Origin: Bacteroidota bacterium | Lineage (GTDB): Bacteria; Bacteroidota; Bacteroidia; Chitinophagales; Saprospiraceae | Length of the DNA stretch: 64,000 bases | Assembly: GCA_039804245.1 (NCBI GenBank) | Contig: JBDLWO010000065.1 | Location: forward strand, 764 to 64,763 | Reading direction: 5' to 3' | Shown: piece by piece, positions 8,511 to 18,475 of the stretch | Layout: each line of letters opens with the position of its first letter | Numbering within the stretch: position 1 is the stretch's first letter | Translations under genes and position numbers: made by a program | The notes under the pieces: model-generated | Told to the model about the DNA's origin: nothing | The model's database searches: none | The model's input: the letters and a program-made list of their open reading frames with translations, nothing else

Positions 8511-11336
8511 TTAGTCTGTGGATGTGTCTTTTATCACAATTGCATCCTTGTAGCGGGTTTCAGCCATTATCCTGTTGCGGACCCGGGCGGCTTCCACGGT
8601 AGAAGCGAAGCGACCAACAAGAATCAGCGTTTTGCCGGGGCTGTTGGAGGAGGGGCGGGTCTCAATCTGACCGTACATTTCCAGCTCCCCGGTGTCGAAA
8701 CGATCCGGGTTGGCTACAGAAGCCACACGAACGAGGTATGGCCTTGATACATCCGGAGCTTTATATCCGGCTCCTGCGCCCGTATCACCTGACTTTTCGT
8801 TAATCCCTGCCAGAATAAACTCCTGGATATCGGGGTCATTGGCGTCAACTTTTACAACAATTACTTCTTCATAGTCGAGCTTGAGCACTTCTGCGCGTGC
8901 CTTTTTTGCATCTTCCTGACTTGGCCATACTCCGAGGTAAAGGAAAATTTCCCCGTCTTTGTTATAAGAGAAAAGATTGGCATTGAGGTTTCGAAGATCT
9001 TCGTACTCTCTGGCCCTGATATCACTTGCATCATTATAAGTTGCAATTTGCAACACATAATAACTCGCAGAGGTACCGGTACTGGCAGCCTTCTGTGAGG
9101 CTTTTTTAACAATCAGATCGGCCCCGGCTCCACGTTCAGCCACTATAAAAGCTTTTTCATTTCCTTTGCGTGCGACGATCTTTTTGAGTACGGCATCAGC
9201 TTCTGCGCGGGTTTTGAAAACACCGAGACGAAGCTTGTGAAGGTTTTTCTCCTTGCGCACATAAAGGTTACCATCGGTGGAAAAGGCCTCGTAAGAGGAG
9301 ATACGCGACCGGGAGGGTTCATCCGGAGTAGCTGATATTTGAATTGAATATCCGCTTATCTGGTCAATGGCGACAGTTTTGCTGCGTTGTTTGGCCGGAA
9401 CCAACTTGATAAAAGGAGAACTTGAAGACTTGTCGGAATCAGAAACATCAACATCCTCTTCTTCAGCAGGGTCTGAGTCAGGTTCAAGCGAAAGACGGTC
9501 GAGTTCGAAGTCATCTTCATTAAACAGAATACGTTCGATCGTACTGACATAACCGGTTTTGCTGTAATTGACCACATACGTTTCGCCCGGCTCAACCATC
9601 AGTGTGTATTGACCACCTTCGTCAGACTCCGTTTCGAAGCCATTCTCTTCATCGCCAAAATCCACAGTAACCGTTACACCTGAAAGTGCCTTGCGTGTAG
9701 CAGCGTCAATGATGCGGCCTGTATAACTTTCGCGGGCATCGCGTTCGAGGGCAACAGTGATGACCACGCTGGCTTTGCCAAACTTTTTCTGCTCAATTTC
9801 GGCATCGCGGTAGCCAATTTTTCGGATAACAATATTACAATTTACCGGTTTGTCCAGTTCTTCGAATTTGAATACACCGCTGGCGTCAGTCATACCCATT
9901 TGTTCCGAGCAATCACCCAGATCAACCTCGGCTTTGGGAATCGGTTTGCCATCCTCGTCCAGAACAGTAAGTTTCAGCGTTCTCGGAGCCGGAGTTGTGC
10001 CACCACCTTTGGTAGTTGTGAGAGAATTTCCGGAGGCAGAGCCTTTGGCAGCCACCGAACCTCCTGATACCCGGGCGCTTAATTTCCAGATATCGGTACT
10101 ACCTTTTCCTTTCCCGCGGTTACTGGATACGTAGCCGGTTTTCTGATTTTTATCGAGTACAAAACCGAAATCATCTGAAGATGAATTGACAACTGGTCCC
10201 ATGTTCACGACTTCAGCATTGTTTTTATCCGAGTAGTCGAAAGAGAAAACATCGAGGCCTCCCAGGCCCGGGTGCCAGTCGGAGGAGAAATACAATTCAT
10301 CTCCGTTATAAAAAGGAGAGATTTCATTGCCGGCAGTATTGACTGATTCGCCGAGGTTGCGGGGAGTACCCCATACGCCATCGCGGAGAACCGAGACATA
10401 AAGATCCCAGCCTCCGTATCCGTCCTTGTTGTCGGATGCAAAAAACAACATCTTGCCGTCGGGCGAAAGAGAAGGGAATCCGGTGGAATACTTGACACTG
10501 TTGTGTGTGAAGGGCTTGATATTCTTCCACTTGCCGCTGGCGTCCACATCTGCCGTGTAGAGACTCATGCTGGCGTTGGCGTCATCGGTGATACGCACGC
10601 CGTTGACAAAATTGTTCCTGCAGAAAACCACCCTGCCTGCATCAGCGGAGTAACTGACAGGGCCTTCATTGGGTGTATTCTGCAATTCAGACCGGAGCGC
10701 TTGCAACTTTTGCAGTTGGCCAGTCTGGGAGGATACCTGTGCAGAGAGGAGCCAGTTCTGATTTCCTCTGCCGCTTGATTTTGAAGTTGAAGCGAACTCC
10801 GGGTTAAAGGAAACAAACACCAGTTTATTGCCTTGCAACGATGACAGAAAATCATCACCTGTTGTATTTACAGTTTCATTTCTGGCCGTCCAGGGGCTGT
10901 TTGAATCGCTGCTTTCAAGTGCGAAGTCACACATATCTGCGAAGTGTTGGCCAACAGCTTCATTTTCATCTGCGTAGCTGAGGAACTGTTCCTTTGCCAG
11001 ATCATAGTCACCCGTCTGCATCAGTGCTTTGCCGTAACTGAGATATGTTTCAGGTGAAACGTCGCTTTGCTTAACAGCCTTCTCGTACCATAAAACGGCT
11101 TTTTCGGGACTGTTCATCCTGAAATAACAGTGGCCTGATCCGGCAAGTGCCCTGGTATTTGAAGGTTCCTTCTTCAGAACAAGCTGATAATTTTGCAGGG
11201 CCTCCTGATATGCATAAAGACCGAATTGACGGTCTGCTCTGGAAATTTCCTCTTTTAATGTAGATTTTTGCGCGATAACCGTACCCGTCAGAGAAAGGAG
11301 GAGCGCGATGCACGCGGGGCGAAGAATCGTGTTCAT
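8511..11336 (-). CDS. Secreted TPR + PD40 (TolB-like) beta-propeller + carboxypeptidase-regulatory-like beta-sandwich protein with three C-terminal SPOR-like repeats
   Basis: 941 aa.
- Signal peptide: MNTILRPACIALLLSLTGTVIAQ.
- TPR-like helices (YQEALQNYQLVLKKEP..).
- PD40 motifs: SLSPDGKMLFFASDNKDGYGGWDLYVS and EISPFYNGDELYFSSDWHPGLGGLDVFS.
- Two CarboxypepD_reg-like segments.
- Three ~75-aa units with a SPOR-like pattern: YSIQISATP...LRLGVFKTRAEADAVLKKI, YYVLQIATY...LYLGVWPSQEDAKKARAEV and YLVRVASVA...ILVGRFASTVEAARVRNRI. Confidence 0.8.
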   Translation of the reverse strand: MNTILRPACIALLLSLTGTVIAQKSTLKEEISRADRQFGLYAYQEALQNYQLVLKKEPSNTRALAGSGHCYFRMNSPEKAVLWYEKAVKQSDVSPETYLSYGKALMQTGDYDLAKEQFLSYADENEAVGQHFADMCDFALESSDSNSPWTARNETVNTTGDDFLSSLQGNKLVFVSFNPEFASTSKSSGRGNQNWLLSAQVSSQTGQLQKLQALRSELQNTPNEGPVSYSADAGRVVFCRNNFVNGVRITDDANASMSLYTADVDASGKWKNIKPFTHNSVKYSTGFPSLSPDGKMLFFASDNKDGYGGWDLYVSVLRDGVWGTPRNLGESVNTAGNEISPFYNGDELYFSSDWHPGLGGLDVFSFDYSDKNNAEVVNMGPVVNSSSDDFGFVLDKNQKTGYVSSNRGKGKGSTDIWKLSARVSGGSVAAKGSASGNSLTTTKGGGTTPAPRTLKLTVLDEDGKPIPKAEVDLGDCSEQMGMTDASGVFKFEELDKPVNCNIVIRKIGYRDAEIEQKKFGKASVVITVALERDARESYTGRIIDAATRKALSGVTVTVDFGDEENGFETESDEGGQYTLMVEPGETYVVNYSKTGYVSTIERILFNEDDFELDRLSLEPDSDPAEEEDVDVSDSDKSSSSPFIKLVPAKQRSKTVAIDQISGYSIQISATPDEPSRSRISSYEAFSTDGNLYVRKEKNLHKLRLGVFKTRAEADAVLKKIVARKGNEKAFIVAERGAGADLIVKKASQKAASTGTSASYYVLQIATYNDASDIRAREYEDLRNLNANLFSYNKDGEIFLYLGVWPSQEDAKKARAEVLKLDYEEVIVVKVDANDPDIQEFILAGINEKSGDTGAGAGYKAPDVSRPYLVRVASVANPDRFDTGELEMYGQIETRPSSNSPGKTLILVGRFASTVEAARVRNRIMAETRYKDAIVIKDTSTD

Positions 11337-11616
11337 AAGCTGTGTAAGTTAATTTATAGAAAATTTTAGCGTGCCAGCCGCCGCTTCCGAACATCAATGA
11401 CTAAAACACCGATGAAGGTTACAGATTGATGTCAGAATTTCTGACACGGCAATCACACGTGTTGGAGATATAGACTGACCATGTTGCAAGAGACAGGTAT
11501 CAGCCCGTTTGAACATTATTTATAACAGACGGAGGGACTACTGTGCGAATTAGGGAACAAAACTATATACAAACGTCTGTATTTACAAATTATTTTTTCA
11601 TCACTTCTGTTTTCAA

Positions 11617-11658
11617 ACAAAAAAACCGGGAATAATACTGTTTGATTATTCCCGGTTT
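11617..11658 (-). terminator. Rho-independent terminator downstream of the TPR gene 11671-12390
   Basis: Perfect 13-bp stem aaccgggaataat / attattcccggtt with an 8-nt loop. On the minus strand it is followed by a run of T (the A-run at 11617-11625 on plus). It starts 13 nt after the stop codon. Confidence 0.75.
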
Positions 11659-11670
11659 CCGTTATCAGTA

Positions 11671-12390
11671 TCACATCTGAGGTTTCAGACGGTAAATATA
11701 TTTTTCGATGTCGCGCCAGTCGGATATCTGCTGATTTGGGTAATCGCGGCGGATTCTCTCATAAGCTTCGAGGGCGGCATCTTTATTTCCCTGAAACTCA
11801 TTCAGCATACCGAGTTTTTTCAGGTAATAGATGGCGACTACATCAGCTTCAGCGGCATCAGCAGCCTTCTCGTAATAACCGAGTGCGTTTGAATAATCCT
11901 GCTTTTCGGAGTAAGCGTCACCCAGAAGACCATATTTCATGGCGGGCAGAACGGCTCCGTCGGCGTCCACATTATTCAGGAAACTGATTGCCTCATCATA
12001 GTTGCCAAGGTTGAGGTTGCACACACCTGCATAGTAACTGCAGGCGCTGCCGGCGGGTGTGCCGCTGTATTCGTCGGCGAGCGCGGCGAAACCCTGGAAA
12101 CCAACTCCCTCGAGGCCACTGTCAGAAGTACCATTGAGTGCGAGCTGGAATGAATCACGGGCGAACTGCTGCTCCGCTTTCCACATAGCGGCGAGAGCCT
12201 CTTTATTCTTCGGGGCAAGAACGAGATTTTTGTACAGCAGCCAGCCTCCAAAGAGCACGACTACTGCGCCAAGGGCGTACATAAGATTTTTGGGATCCTG
12301 AGCCCAGGAAGGGAGTGAGGATGTAGTGCCCGTGCTCGATACCTCTTGTACCTCAACGATTTCTGCCTGATCGGATTTGCGTTTAGCCAT
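11671..12390 (-). CDS. Membrane-anchored tetratricopeptide-repeat protein (YfgM/DUF2133-like architecture)
   Basis: 239 aa. One N-terminal TM helix (LMYALGAVVVLFGGWLLY) is followed by TPR-like helices (YYAGVCNLNLGNYDEAISFL, GDAYSEKQDYSNALGYYEKA, GMLNEFQGNKDAALEAYERI). Confidence 0.75.
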   Translation of the reverse strand: MAKRKSDQAEIVEVQEVSSTGTTSSLPSWAQDPKNLMYALGAVVVLFGGWLLYKNLVLAPKNKEALAAMWKAEQQFARDSFQLALNGTSDSGLEGVGFQGFAALADEYSGTPAGSACSYYAGVCNLNLGNYDEAISFLNNVDADGAVLPAMKYGLLGDAYSEKQDYSNALGYYEKAADAAEADVVAIYYLKKLGMLNEFQGNKDAALEAYERIRRDYPNQQISDWRDIEKYIYRLKPQM

Positions 12391-12576
12391 ATCTTAACTG
12401 AAATTTTTGGTTGCTTCTCAAAAAATGCCCGCAAAAGTAGGGAAATTTTTTGTTCCAAGTTTGAATTATTCTTTTTTTTGCATGATGTGATGAAGGTAAT
12501 TTTTTTAATTATCTCATTCAGATATCATATTTTCGCCCTCCTTTTTTGAAAACAGACCCCGGAAAAAACTCTGCCT

Positions 12577-15500
12577 ATGCGCCTTAAATCGTTAGAAATC
12601 AAGGGTTTCAAGTCTTTTGCCAACGAGACAGCACTGCACTTCAATGCAGATGTCACGGGTGTCGTGGGCCCTAACGGCTCCGGGAAAAGCAATGTGGTGG
12701 ATTCTATCCGGTGGGTGCTCGGCGAACAAAAAAGCAGTCAGTTGCGCCTCGACAAGATGTCGTCGGTGATTTTCAACGGTACGAAAAAGAAGAAAGAGGG
12801 CCAGATGGCTCAGGTCACGCTCACTTTTGACAATACAAAAAATGTTCTGCCCACCGAATATACAACTGTCAGTATCAGTCGGATTCTGTACAGAAGCGGA
12901 GAAAGTGAATACCGGCTCAACGGTGTAACCTGCCGCCTGAAAGATATCACCTCGCTTTTCCTCGATACCGGTATCGGGCCCGACTCCTATGCTATCATCG
13001 CACTCAATATGGTGGAGGATATGCTCAGCGATCGCGAGCAGGCACGCCGAAAAATGTTCGAACAGGCAGCAGGAGTAAGCAAATATAAAGCAAGAAAACA
13101 CGAAACCCAACAGAAACTCGAAGCCACAGCCGCTGATCTCGACCGCGTGGAAGACCTCCTGTTCGAGATTACAGACCAACTTAAAAAACTCGAAAAGCAG
13201 GCAGAACGCGCCCAGAAATACTACGAACTGAAAAATGAATACAAGAATCTGAGCGTCGAACTGGCAGTACATAACCTGGCACGACATAAAAAAACCTACA
13301 GGGAACTGGAAGGCCAGATTACACGCGAGGAAGACAATTACCGAAGTTCAGAGGCGATGTCGAGACTGCTCGAAGCCGATATTGAAGCAAAAAGGAAGAG
13401 CCACACCGACAAGGAATCTTCCCTGAGTACCCAGCAGCAGGAGGTGAACCGTCTTACCGGACGCATCAGAAGCCGTGAAAATGAAAAAGCGATGCTGGAA
13501 CAGAAAAGAACGTTCATCAGCTCCGATATTCAACGGCTCACCGACCAGATTGCCGCAAACTCAAGAACCGTGGCATCGCTGGAGATTGAAGTGGATGGAT
13601 ACCAGACTGATCTCAACTATGAGCGCAATGTGGAGGCCGATCTCGAAACAGCACTCGAAGCCGCTCGCAAACGCCTCGATGATGTCAGATCAAATCATAA
13701 TCTGCTGAAGGGAAATCTGGATGAATTCGTCAGGGAACAACAGACAGTTGAGCGCGAAATCGTCGAACTGGAAAAAACAAGGGCAATTCAGGCCAACCAG
13801 ATCGAAAATCTGCGCAGAGATGTGGAAAGAACGCTGAATGACATCGCTGCAAGAAAAGAGGAAATGAAGGTACTGGAAATTGAACTGCTCAAACAATCAG
13901 ACGCAGAGGAAACTCAGACCGACAGGATTGCACAAATCGAAAAGGCCGAAGAAAAGCGCAGATCGGATATTCAGCATACAGAAAAAGAACTGGAAGCTAT
14001 CCTGAAGAAACAGGCTGATCACAACCGCCAGCTCGACTCCCGCCGCAATGAGTTCAAGCTCACCAAAAGTATGGTGGAGTCACTGGAAGGATTCCCCGAA
14101 AGTATCAAGTTCCTGAGTCAGGACAAGGAGTGGGCGAAAAGATGTCCCCTCCTGTCTGATCTGATTTATGTTCGTGAAGAATACAGGGTTGTCATCGAGA
14201 ACTACCTGGAAAATTACCTGAACTATTATGTGGTTCCCAATGCCGATGAAGCCGTGAAAGCCATCTCGCTGCTAGGCAAAAGCCAGAAGGGTCGTGCCAA
14301 TTTCTTCATTCTGGATGCCATCAGTCAGTATGAGATGCCTCTTTTGCTGCCCGGCGGTGGAGTTCGGGCTGTGGAACTGGTGGAAGCCGACCCCCAATAC
14401 CGGCATCTCATCGAGTATCTGCTGGGTAACGTGGTCATTGTGGAAGAAGATACCCCTACCCTGCCCGCTGGCTCTGATATAACGGTTCTTTCCAAAACAG
14501 GAACCATGATCAGGCGGCGCTTCAGTATGAGTGGTGGTTCTGTTGGACTCTTTGAAGGAAAAAAAATAGGCCGGAAAAAGAACCTTGAAGTACTCGAAAC
14601 AGATATTAAAAAACTGGAATCAACCGAGGGACAGCTGAATATCCAGTCAAGTACTGTTCGCACGCACCTGCAGGCGCTGAAGAATGCCGACGAGTCGGCT
14701 ACCCTGCAGCGCGAGCGGGAGGCTCTCAACCGGATCCGGCAGGAAAGAGCCGGTACCCGGGCGAAATTCGATAATATAGCCGCATTCGTGGCCAATTTCG
14801 ACGCACAGGCAGGCGATGCGAATCAGCGCATCGAATCACTGACTGCCAGTAATGCCTCTATCGAAAAACTGCTGCTGGAAAAGAATGCACAGGCAGATGC
14901 TCTCCGCGAACGGCTCTCAAACGCCGATGGCTCTTTCAGGGATGTGGCAGAACAACTCAGCCAGGCCAGCGCTGCCTTTAACCAGAATAACATCGGGTTT
15001 ATTCAACAGCAAAACAGGGTAAACACCCTCAGACAGGAACTCAGCTTCCGTGAAAAAAGGAGAGAAGAACTCCGACAGACCCTCTCGTCAGCACAGAATA
15101 CCCTCGCCCGACACACCGACGAGATTGGACTGCTTGAAGCCGATATTGCCCGAATTGGCCAGGAACTGGCAGCCGGTTATGCTGAAAAAAAGGAGAAAGA
15201 AGCATCTCTCAGTGGGGTTGAACAGGCCTATTTCAAGGCAAGGAATGAAATTCACGAACTCGAAAACAAACAGCGCGATAACTTCCGGAAACAGCAGGAA
15301 CTGCAAAGCCTGGTCAATCGGTTGAAAGACCGCTTCTCTGATGTCAAATTTGAAATCACAGCCATCGGCGAGCGCCTGCGTGCAGAGTTCGGTATCGGAG
15401 TAAATGATGTGATTAATCGCGAACCGGATGAGAAATATAACCGTGAAATGCTCGAAAAAGAGGTCAATAACCTCAAGAGACGGCTCGACAACTACGGGGA

Positions 15501-16122
15501 GATAAACCCGATGGCTATTGAAGCCTACAACGAAATCAAGGAGCGTCACGACACAATTGCCCAACAACGCGACGATATCCTGAATGCAAAGGATAATCTG
15601 CTGCAAACTATGAAGGAAATCGAGGAAACAGCTACGGCACGTTTCCTGGAGTCCTTCACGCAGGTGCGCGAGAACTTTATCAATGTCTTCCGGACATTGT
15701 TTACAGAAGATGACTCGGCCGATCTGGTTCTGACCAATCCCGACAATCCGCTGGAATCGGATGTCAATATCATAGCGAAACCCAAAGGCAAACGGCCGCA
15801 GACTATTGCACAATTGTCGGGCGGAGAGAAAACGCTCACAGCTATTGCACTGCTTTTTGCTCTTTATCTGCTCAAGCCGGCGCCATTCTGTATCTTCGAT
15901 GAGGTGGATGCACCCCTCGATGATGCCAACATTGAAAAGTTCAACCGGATTATCAGGGAGTTCTCCTCACAGTCGCAGTTTATCGTGGTAACGCACAACA
16001 AGGCGACTATGGCCGCTGTGGATACCATATATGGTGTGTATATGCCAGAGCAGGGAGTATCATCGGTTACGCAGGTGGACTTCAGAAAGCTGAACCACGA
16101 AGCGATGGTATTTGAAAGCTGA
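12577..16122 (+). CDS. smc: Chromosome segregation protein SMC
   Basis: 1181 aa. Walker A GPNGSGKSNVVDSIRWVLGEQ, long coiled-coil arms, a hinge region, the signature motif LSGGEKTLTAIALLFAL and Walker B FCIFDEVDAPLDDAN. Confidence 0.95.
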   Translation: MRLKSLEIKGFKSFANETALHFNADVTGVVGPNGSGKSNVVDSIRWVLGEQKSSQLRLDKMSSVIFNGTKKKKEGQMAQVTLTFDNTKNVLPTEYTTVSISRILYRSGESEYRLNGVTCRLKDITSLFLDTGIGPDSYAIIALNMVEDMLSDREQARRKMFEQAAGVSKYKARKHETQQKLEATAADLDRVEDLLFEITDQLKKLEKQAERAQKYYELKNEYKNLSVELAVHNLARHKKTYRELEGQITREEDNYRSSEAMSRLLEADIEAKRKSHTDKESSLSTQQQEVNRLTGRIRSRENEKAMLEQKRTFISSDIQRLTDQIAANSRTVASLEIEVDGYQTDLNYERNVEADLETALEAARKRLDDVRSNHNLLKGNLDEFVREQQTVEREIVELEKTRAIQANQIENLRRDVERTLNDIAARKEEMKVLEIELLKQSDAEETQTDRIAQIEKAEEKRRSDIQHTEKELEAILKKQADHNRQLDSRRNEFKLTKSMVESLEGFPESIKFLSQDKEWAKRCPLLSDLIYVREEYRVVIENYLENYLNYYVVPNADEAVKAISLLGKSQKGRANFFILDAISQYEMPLLLPGGGVRAVELVEADPQYRHLIEYLLGNVVIVEEDTPTLPAGSDITVLSKTGTMIRRRFSMSGGSVGLFEGKKIGRKKNLEVLETDIKKLESTEGQLNIQSSTVRTHLQALKNADESATLQREREALNRIRQERAGTRAKFDNIAAFVANFDAQAGDANQRIESLTASNASIEKLLLEKNAQADALRERLSNADGSFRDVAEQLSQASAAFNQNNIGFIQQQNRVNTLRQELSFREKRREELRQTLSSAQNTLARHTDEIGLLEADIARIGQELAAGYAEKKEKEASLSGVEQAYFKARNEIHELENKQRDNFRKQQELQSLVNRLKDRFSDVKFEITAIGERLRAEFGIGVNDVINREPDEKYNREMLEKEVNNLKRRLDNYGEINPMAIEAYNEIKERHDTIAQQRDDILNAKDNLLQTMKEIEETATARFLESFTQVRENFINVFRTLFTEDDSADLVLTNPDNPLESDVNIIAKPKGKRPQTIAQLSGGEKTLTAIALLFALYLLKPAPFCIFDEVDAPLDDANIEKFNRIIREFSSQSQFIVVTHNKATMAAVDTIYGVYMPEQGVSSVTQVDFRKLNHEAMVFES

Positions 16123-16124
16123 TA

Positions 16125-17273
16125 TTACCCGGGGCAGGGTGCCAGCGAACGGAATATGCTGACGTACTTCTGTTCTTCCAGGCTCCAGTCGTATTTCAGT
16201 CGCTCTTCACGCAGGCGCGCCCGTCTGTGCAGGAGTTCATTTTTATCCAGACTGCCAATCAATACCTTCAGTGACTCAGCATCGGGAGCCACCGTCCAGC
16301 CACCACCGGTCTGAGAAACAATACGTGCCATTTCGGGCAGGTCACTCACGATAAATGGTGTACATGCTTTCAGATACTCGAATATCTTGTTGGGCAGGCA
16401 CAGATAATGATTCAAACAGGTATTGGGTATCAGATGTATTCCCGCATCGGCAGAACGGGTATAATCAAGCAGTTCGTGTTGGGGGACCGCTGGCAAATAG
16501 TGAATATTTGGATGTTTTTTGGCACTTTCACTCAGTTTGCCAGCCATTGTGCCGTAACCCATAAATACAATATGATAAGGTCGGCCGAGAGCAACAAACG
16601 CCGACAGGAGCGACTCCAGCCCGCGGGCTTCACTCAGCAAACCCTGATAAAGGAAAAGCATTTCACCTTCTCCGATTCCGAAAATTGTTCTGAGGTTCCT
16701 TCCCGGGGTATATTCATCAGGGGGATTACCCGCCGGAATATTGTACACAGCTGTGAAGCCAGTCAAACCGTATGTCGACTGATACCACCTGCCGATGGAT
16801 TCATTTACAACAATCAGCGCATCAACAAAACGGAAACTGATTCTCTCTACAATTCTGACTATGTGCCGGAGCAGCGGATTGGTACCGTGCACTTCAGATT
16901 CCAGTTCATGCGGGTCATAAATCAGTCGCGCCCCGGTGGTCAGTTTGAGCAGTACGCAAACCGGCAATACATGAACGGAGTGACAGTTTACTACATTGGG
17001 GTGTAACCGGGCCGCATATCTGTACGCCCTGATGCAAAACAAAAAATAGGTAAAATAGCGGCTGAACCGACCGGCTGTTTCAGCATACATGCCAGGTACC
17101 CGATGCACGGTGACACCCCCGGACAGCGGTGTCACTTCGACTTCACCGGCAGTACCGAGCGACACTATTTCCACCCTTTCGGCCAGTCCGAGCCGGATGA
17201 TACTGCCCGTTTCCTTGATGATTCGGGTAGTATAGGGCGTAATTTCCCCCGGGTATATATGTGTATTCACCAT
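16125..17273 (-). CDS. Glycosyltransferase, GT4 (GT-B fold) family
   Basis: The track ORF starts at a GTG (17276). The adjacent ATG at 17273 is preferred. The C-terminal GT-B half shows the typical pattern (YLPAV...ELLDYTRSADAGIHLIPN...LPNKIFEYLKACTPFIVSDLPEMA). Confidence 0.8.
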   Translation of the reverse strand: MVNTHIYPGEITPYTTRIIKETGSIIRLGLAERVEIVSLGTAGEVEVTPLSGGVTVHRVPGMYAETAGRFSRYFTYFLFCIRAYRYAARLHPNVVNCHSVHVLPVCVLLKLTTGARLIYDPHELESEVHGTNPLLRHIVRIVERISFRFVDALIVVNESIGRWYQSTYGLTGFTAVYNIPAGNPPDEYTPGRNLRTIFGIGEGEMLFLYQGLLSEARGLESLLSAFVALGRPYHIVFMGYGTMAGKLSESAKKHPNIHYLPAVPQHELLDYTRSADAGIHLIPNTCLNHYLCLPNKIFEYLKACTPFIVSDLPEMARIVSQTGGGWTVAPDAESLKVLIGSLDKNELLHRRARLREERLKYDWSLEEQKYVSIFRSLAPCPG

Positions 17274-17278
17274 CACGA

Positions 17279-18475
17279 TCAGCTGTTCACGGTTGAAAGT
17301 ATTTCCTGATAATAACTGAACAGTGACGCTGCGCTGGAACGCACATCGAATGCCCGGCGGATATACCCGTTCAGTATAGCTGCCCGTTTACCGGCTTCAT
17401 CCTGATTTTCACAGGCAGCACTGAGTTGCTGAAACAAATGCCCTGCATCCCCGCTTTTGAAAATAAATCCACCCTCGCCATTCAGCAGCAGTTCAGGTAT
17501 TCCACCTGCATCAGAAGCGACCACTGTGAGTCCGAGCAATCCGGCTTCTTTCAGGGCATTCGGGATACCCTCACTGAGGCTCGGGTACACGATGATGTCG
17601 CAACCAGCGAGAATATCCAGAGCTTCCCCATGTTTCTTCTGACCATAAAATATCACGTTGGGAAAGGCCTCAAGTCCGAACTTCTGCGTGTAATTACCAA
17701 CAAGATGCCACTCGTAGCGCGGCCCGGCGAACTGCGGATACCGGCCAATCAGTTCAGCAATCAGGGGAATTCCCTTTGCTTCTGAAATTTCGCCCAGATA
17801 CGTCAGTCTGACAACCGTTGAATAATCTCGTTTTTGAGCAACAATATCGGTACTGACATCAATCCCGTCGTGAATAACCCTGACATCCGGAGCTCCAAAG
17901 AGGCGGAGTTTAAAGGCAAGTGCATTACTGACGGCAATAATCCCGTCGGCAGACCGGAGTGCTTTGCCGAGCAGAAAGCGATTGATGCGGGAAACGACCG
18001 GATCAACATTGACATCCGTGCCGATGGCAGAAACAATGTATGGAATCCCCTTCCATCTTTTCAAAAACCGGGCGACTGCACCATTCGGATAGGTGTAGCG
18101 CGCATCAATGAGAGAAATCTCCCGCCAGAGGGGCAAATGTATTATAGCGAGAAACCTGAAAATGTGCGCCAGACCAGTGTAATGTTCGCGGGGGGTTGCC
18201 AGATAACGGGGGCGATGAATACGAAGTCGTCCGCGTTCCTCATACTTTGGAATACCTGTGTATTTCCGGTAACGGGATATATTTCCGAGGAGCGCCGGCA
18301 CAAATGGTACGGGCGCGACCACGTGAATAATGCCGGCCTCTTCCGGCAGGTTATTCAGCATACGCTCGAAGAAAATACCCGTTACCCCGTTGTTGGAGGG
18401 CAAGGGAAAGTTATTGACTATCCAGGCTATTTTCACGGTGTGAAGATGGGGATAACAGTGCAGAACCGATAGCAT
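17279..18475 (-). CDS. Glycosyltransferase, GT4 family
   Basis: 398 aa. The EX7E-type region is IVYPSLSEGIPNALKEAGLLGLTVVASDAGGIPELL. The ATG at 18475 overlaps the upstream gene by 65 nt. An in-frame GTG at 18436 (giving MKIAWIVNNFP) is an alternative start. Confidence 0.8.
   Translation of the reverse strand: MLSVLHCYPHLHTVKIAWIVNNFPLPSNNGVTGIFFERMLNNLPEEAGIIHVVAPVPFVPALLGNISRYRKYTGIPKYEERGRLRIHRPRYLATPREHYTGLAHIFRFLAIIHLPLWREISLIDARYTYPNGAVARFLKRWKGIPYIVSAIGTDVNVDPVVSRINRFLLGKALRSADGIIAVSNALAFKLRLFGAPDVRVIHDGIDVSTDIVAQKRDYSTVVRLTYLGEISEAKGIPLIAELIGRYPQFAGPRYEWHLVGNYTQKFGLEAFPNVIFYGQKKHGEALDILAGCDIIVYPSLSEGIPNALKEAGLLGLTVVASDAGGIPELLLNGEGGFIFKSGDAGHLFQQLSAACENQDEAGKRAAILNGYIRRAFDVRSSAASLFSYYQEILSTVNS

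Noticed and set aside
11337-11616. A ~280-nt intergenic region upstream of the TPR/PD40/SPOR gene, considered as a possible ncRNA or riboswitch.
   Set aside because: I could find no convincing conserved-looking helices or known riboswitch motifs by eye. It is probably a 5' UTR and promoter. It cannot be excluded without covariance-model searches.
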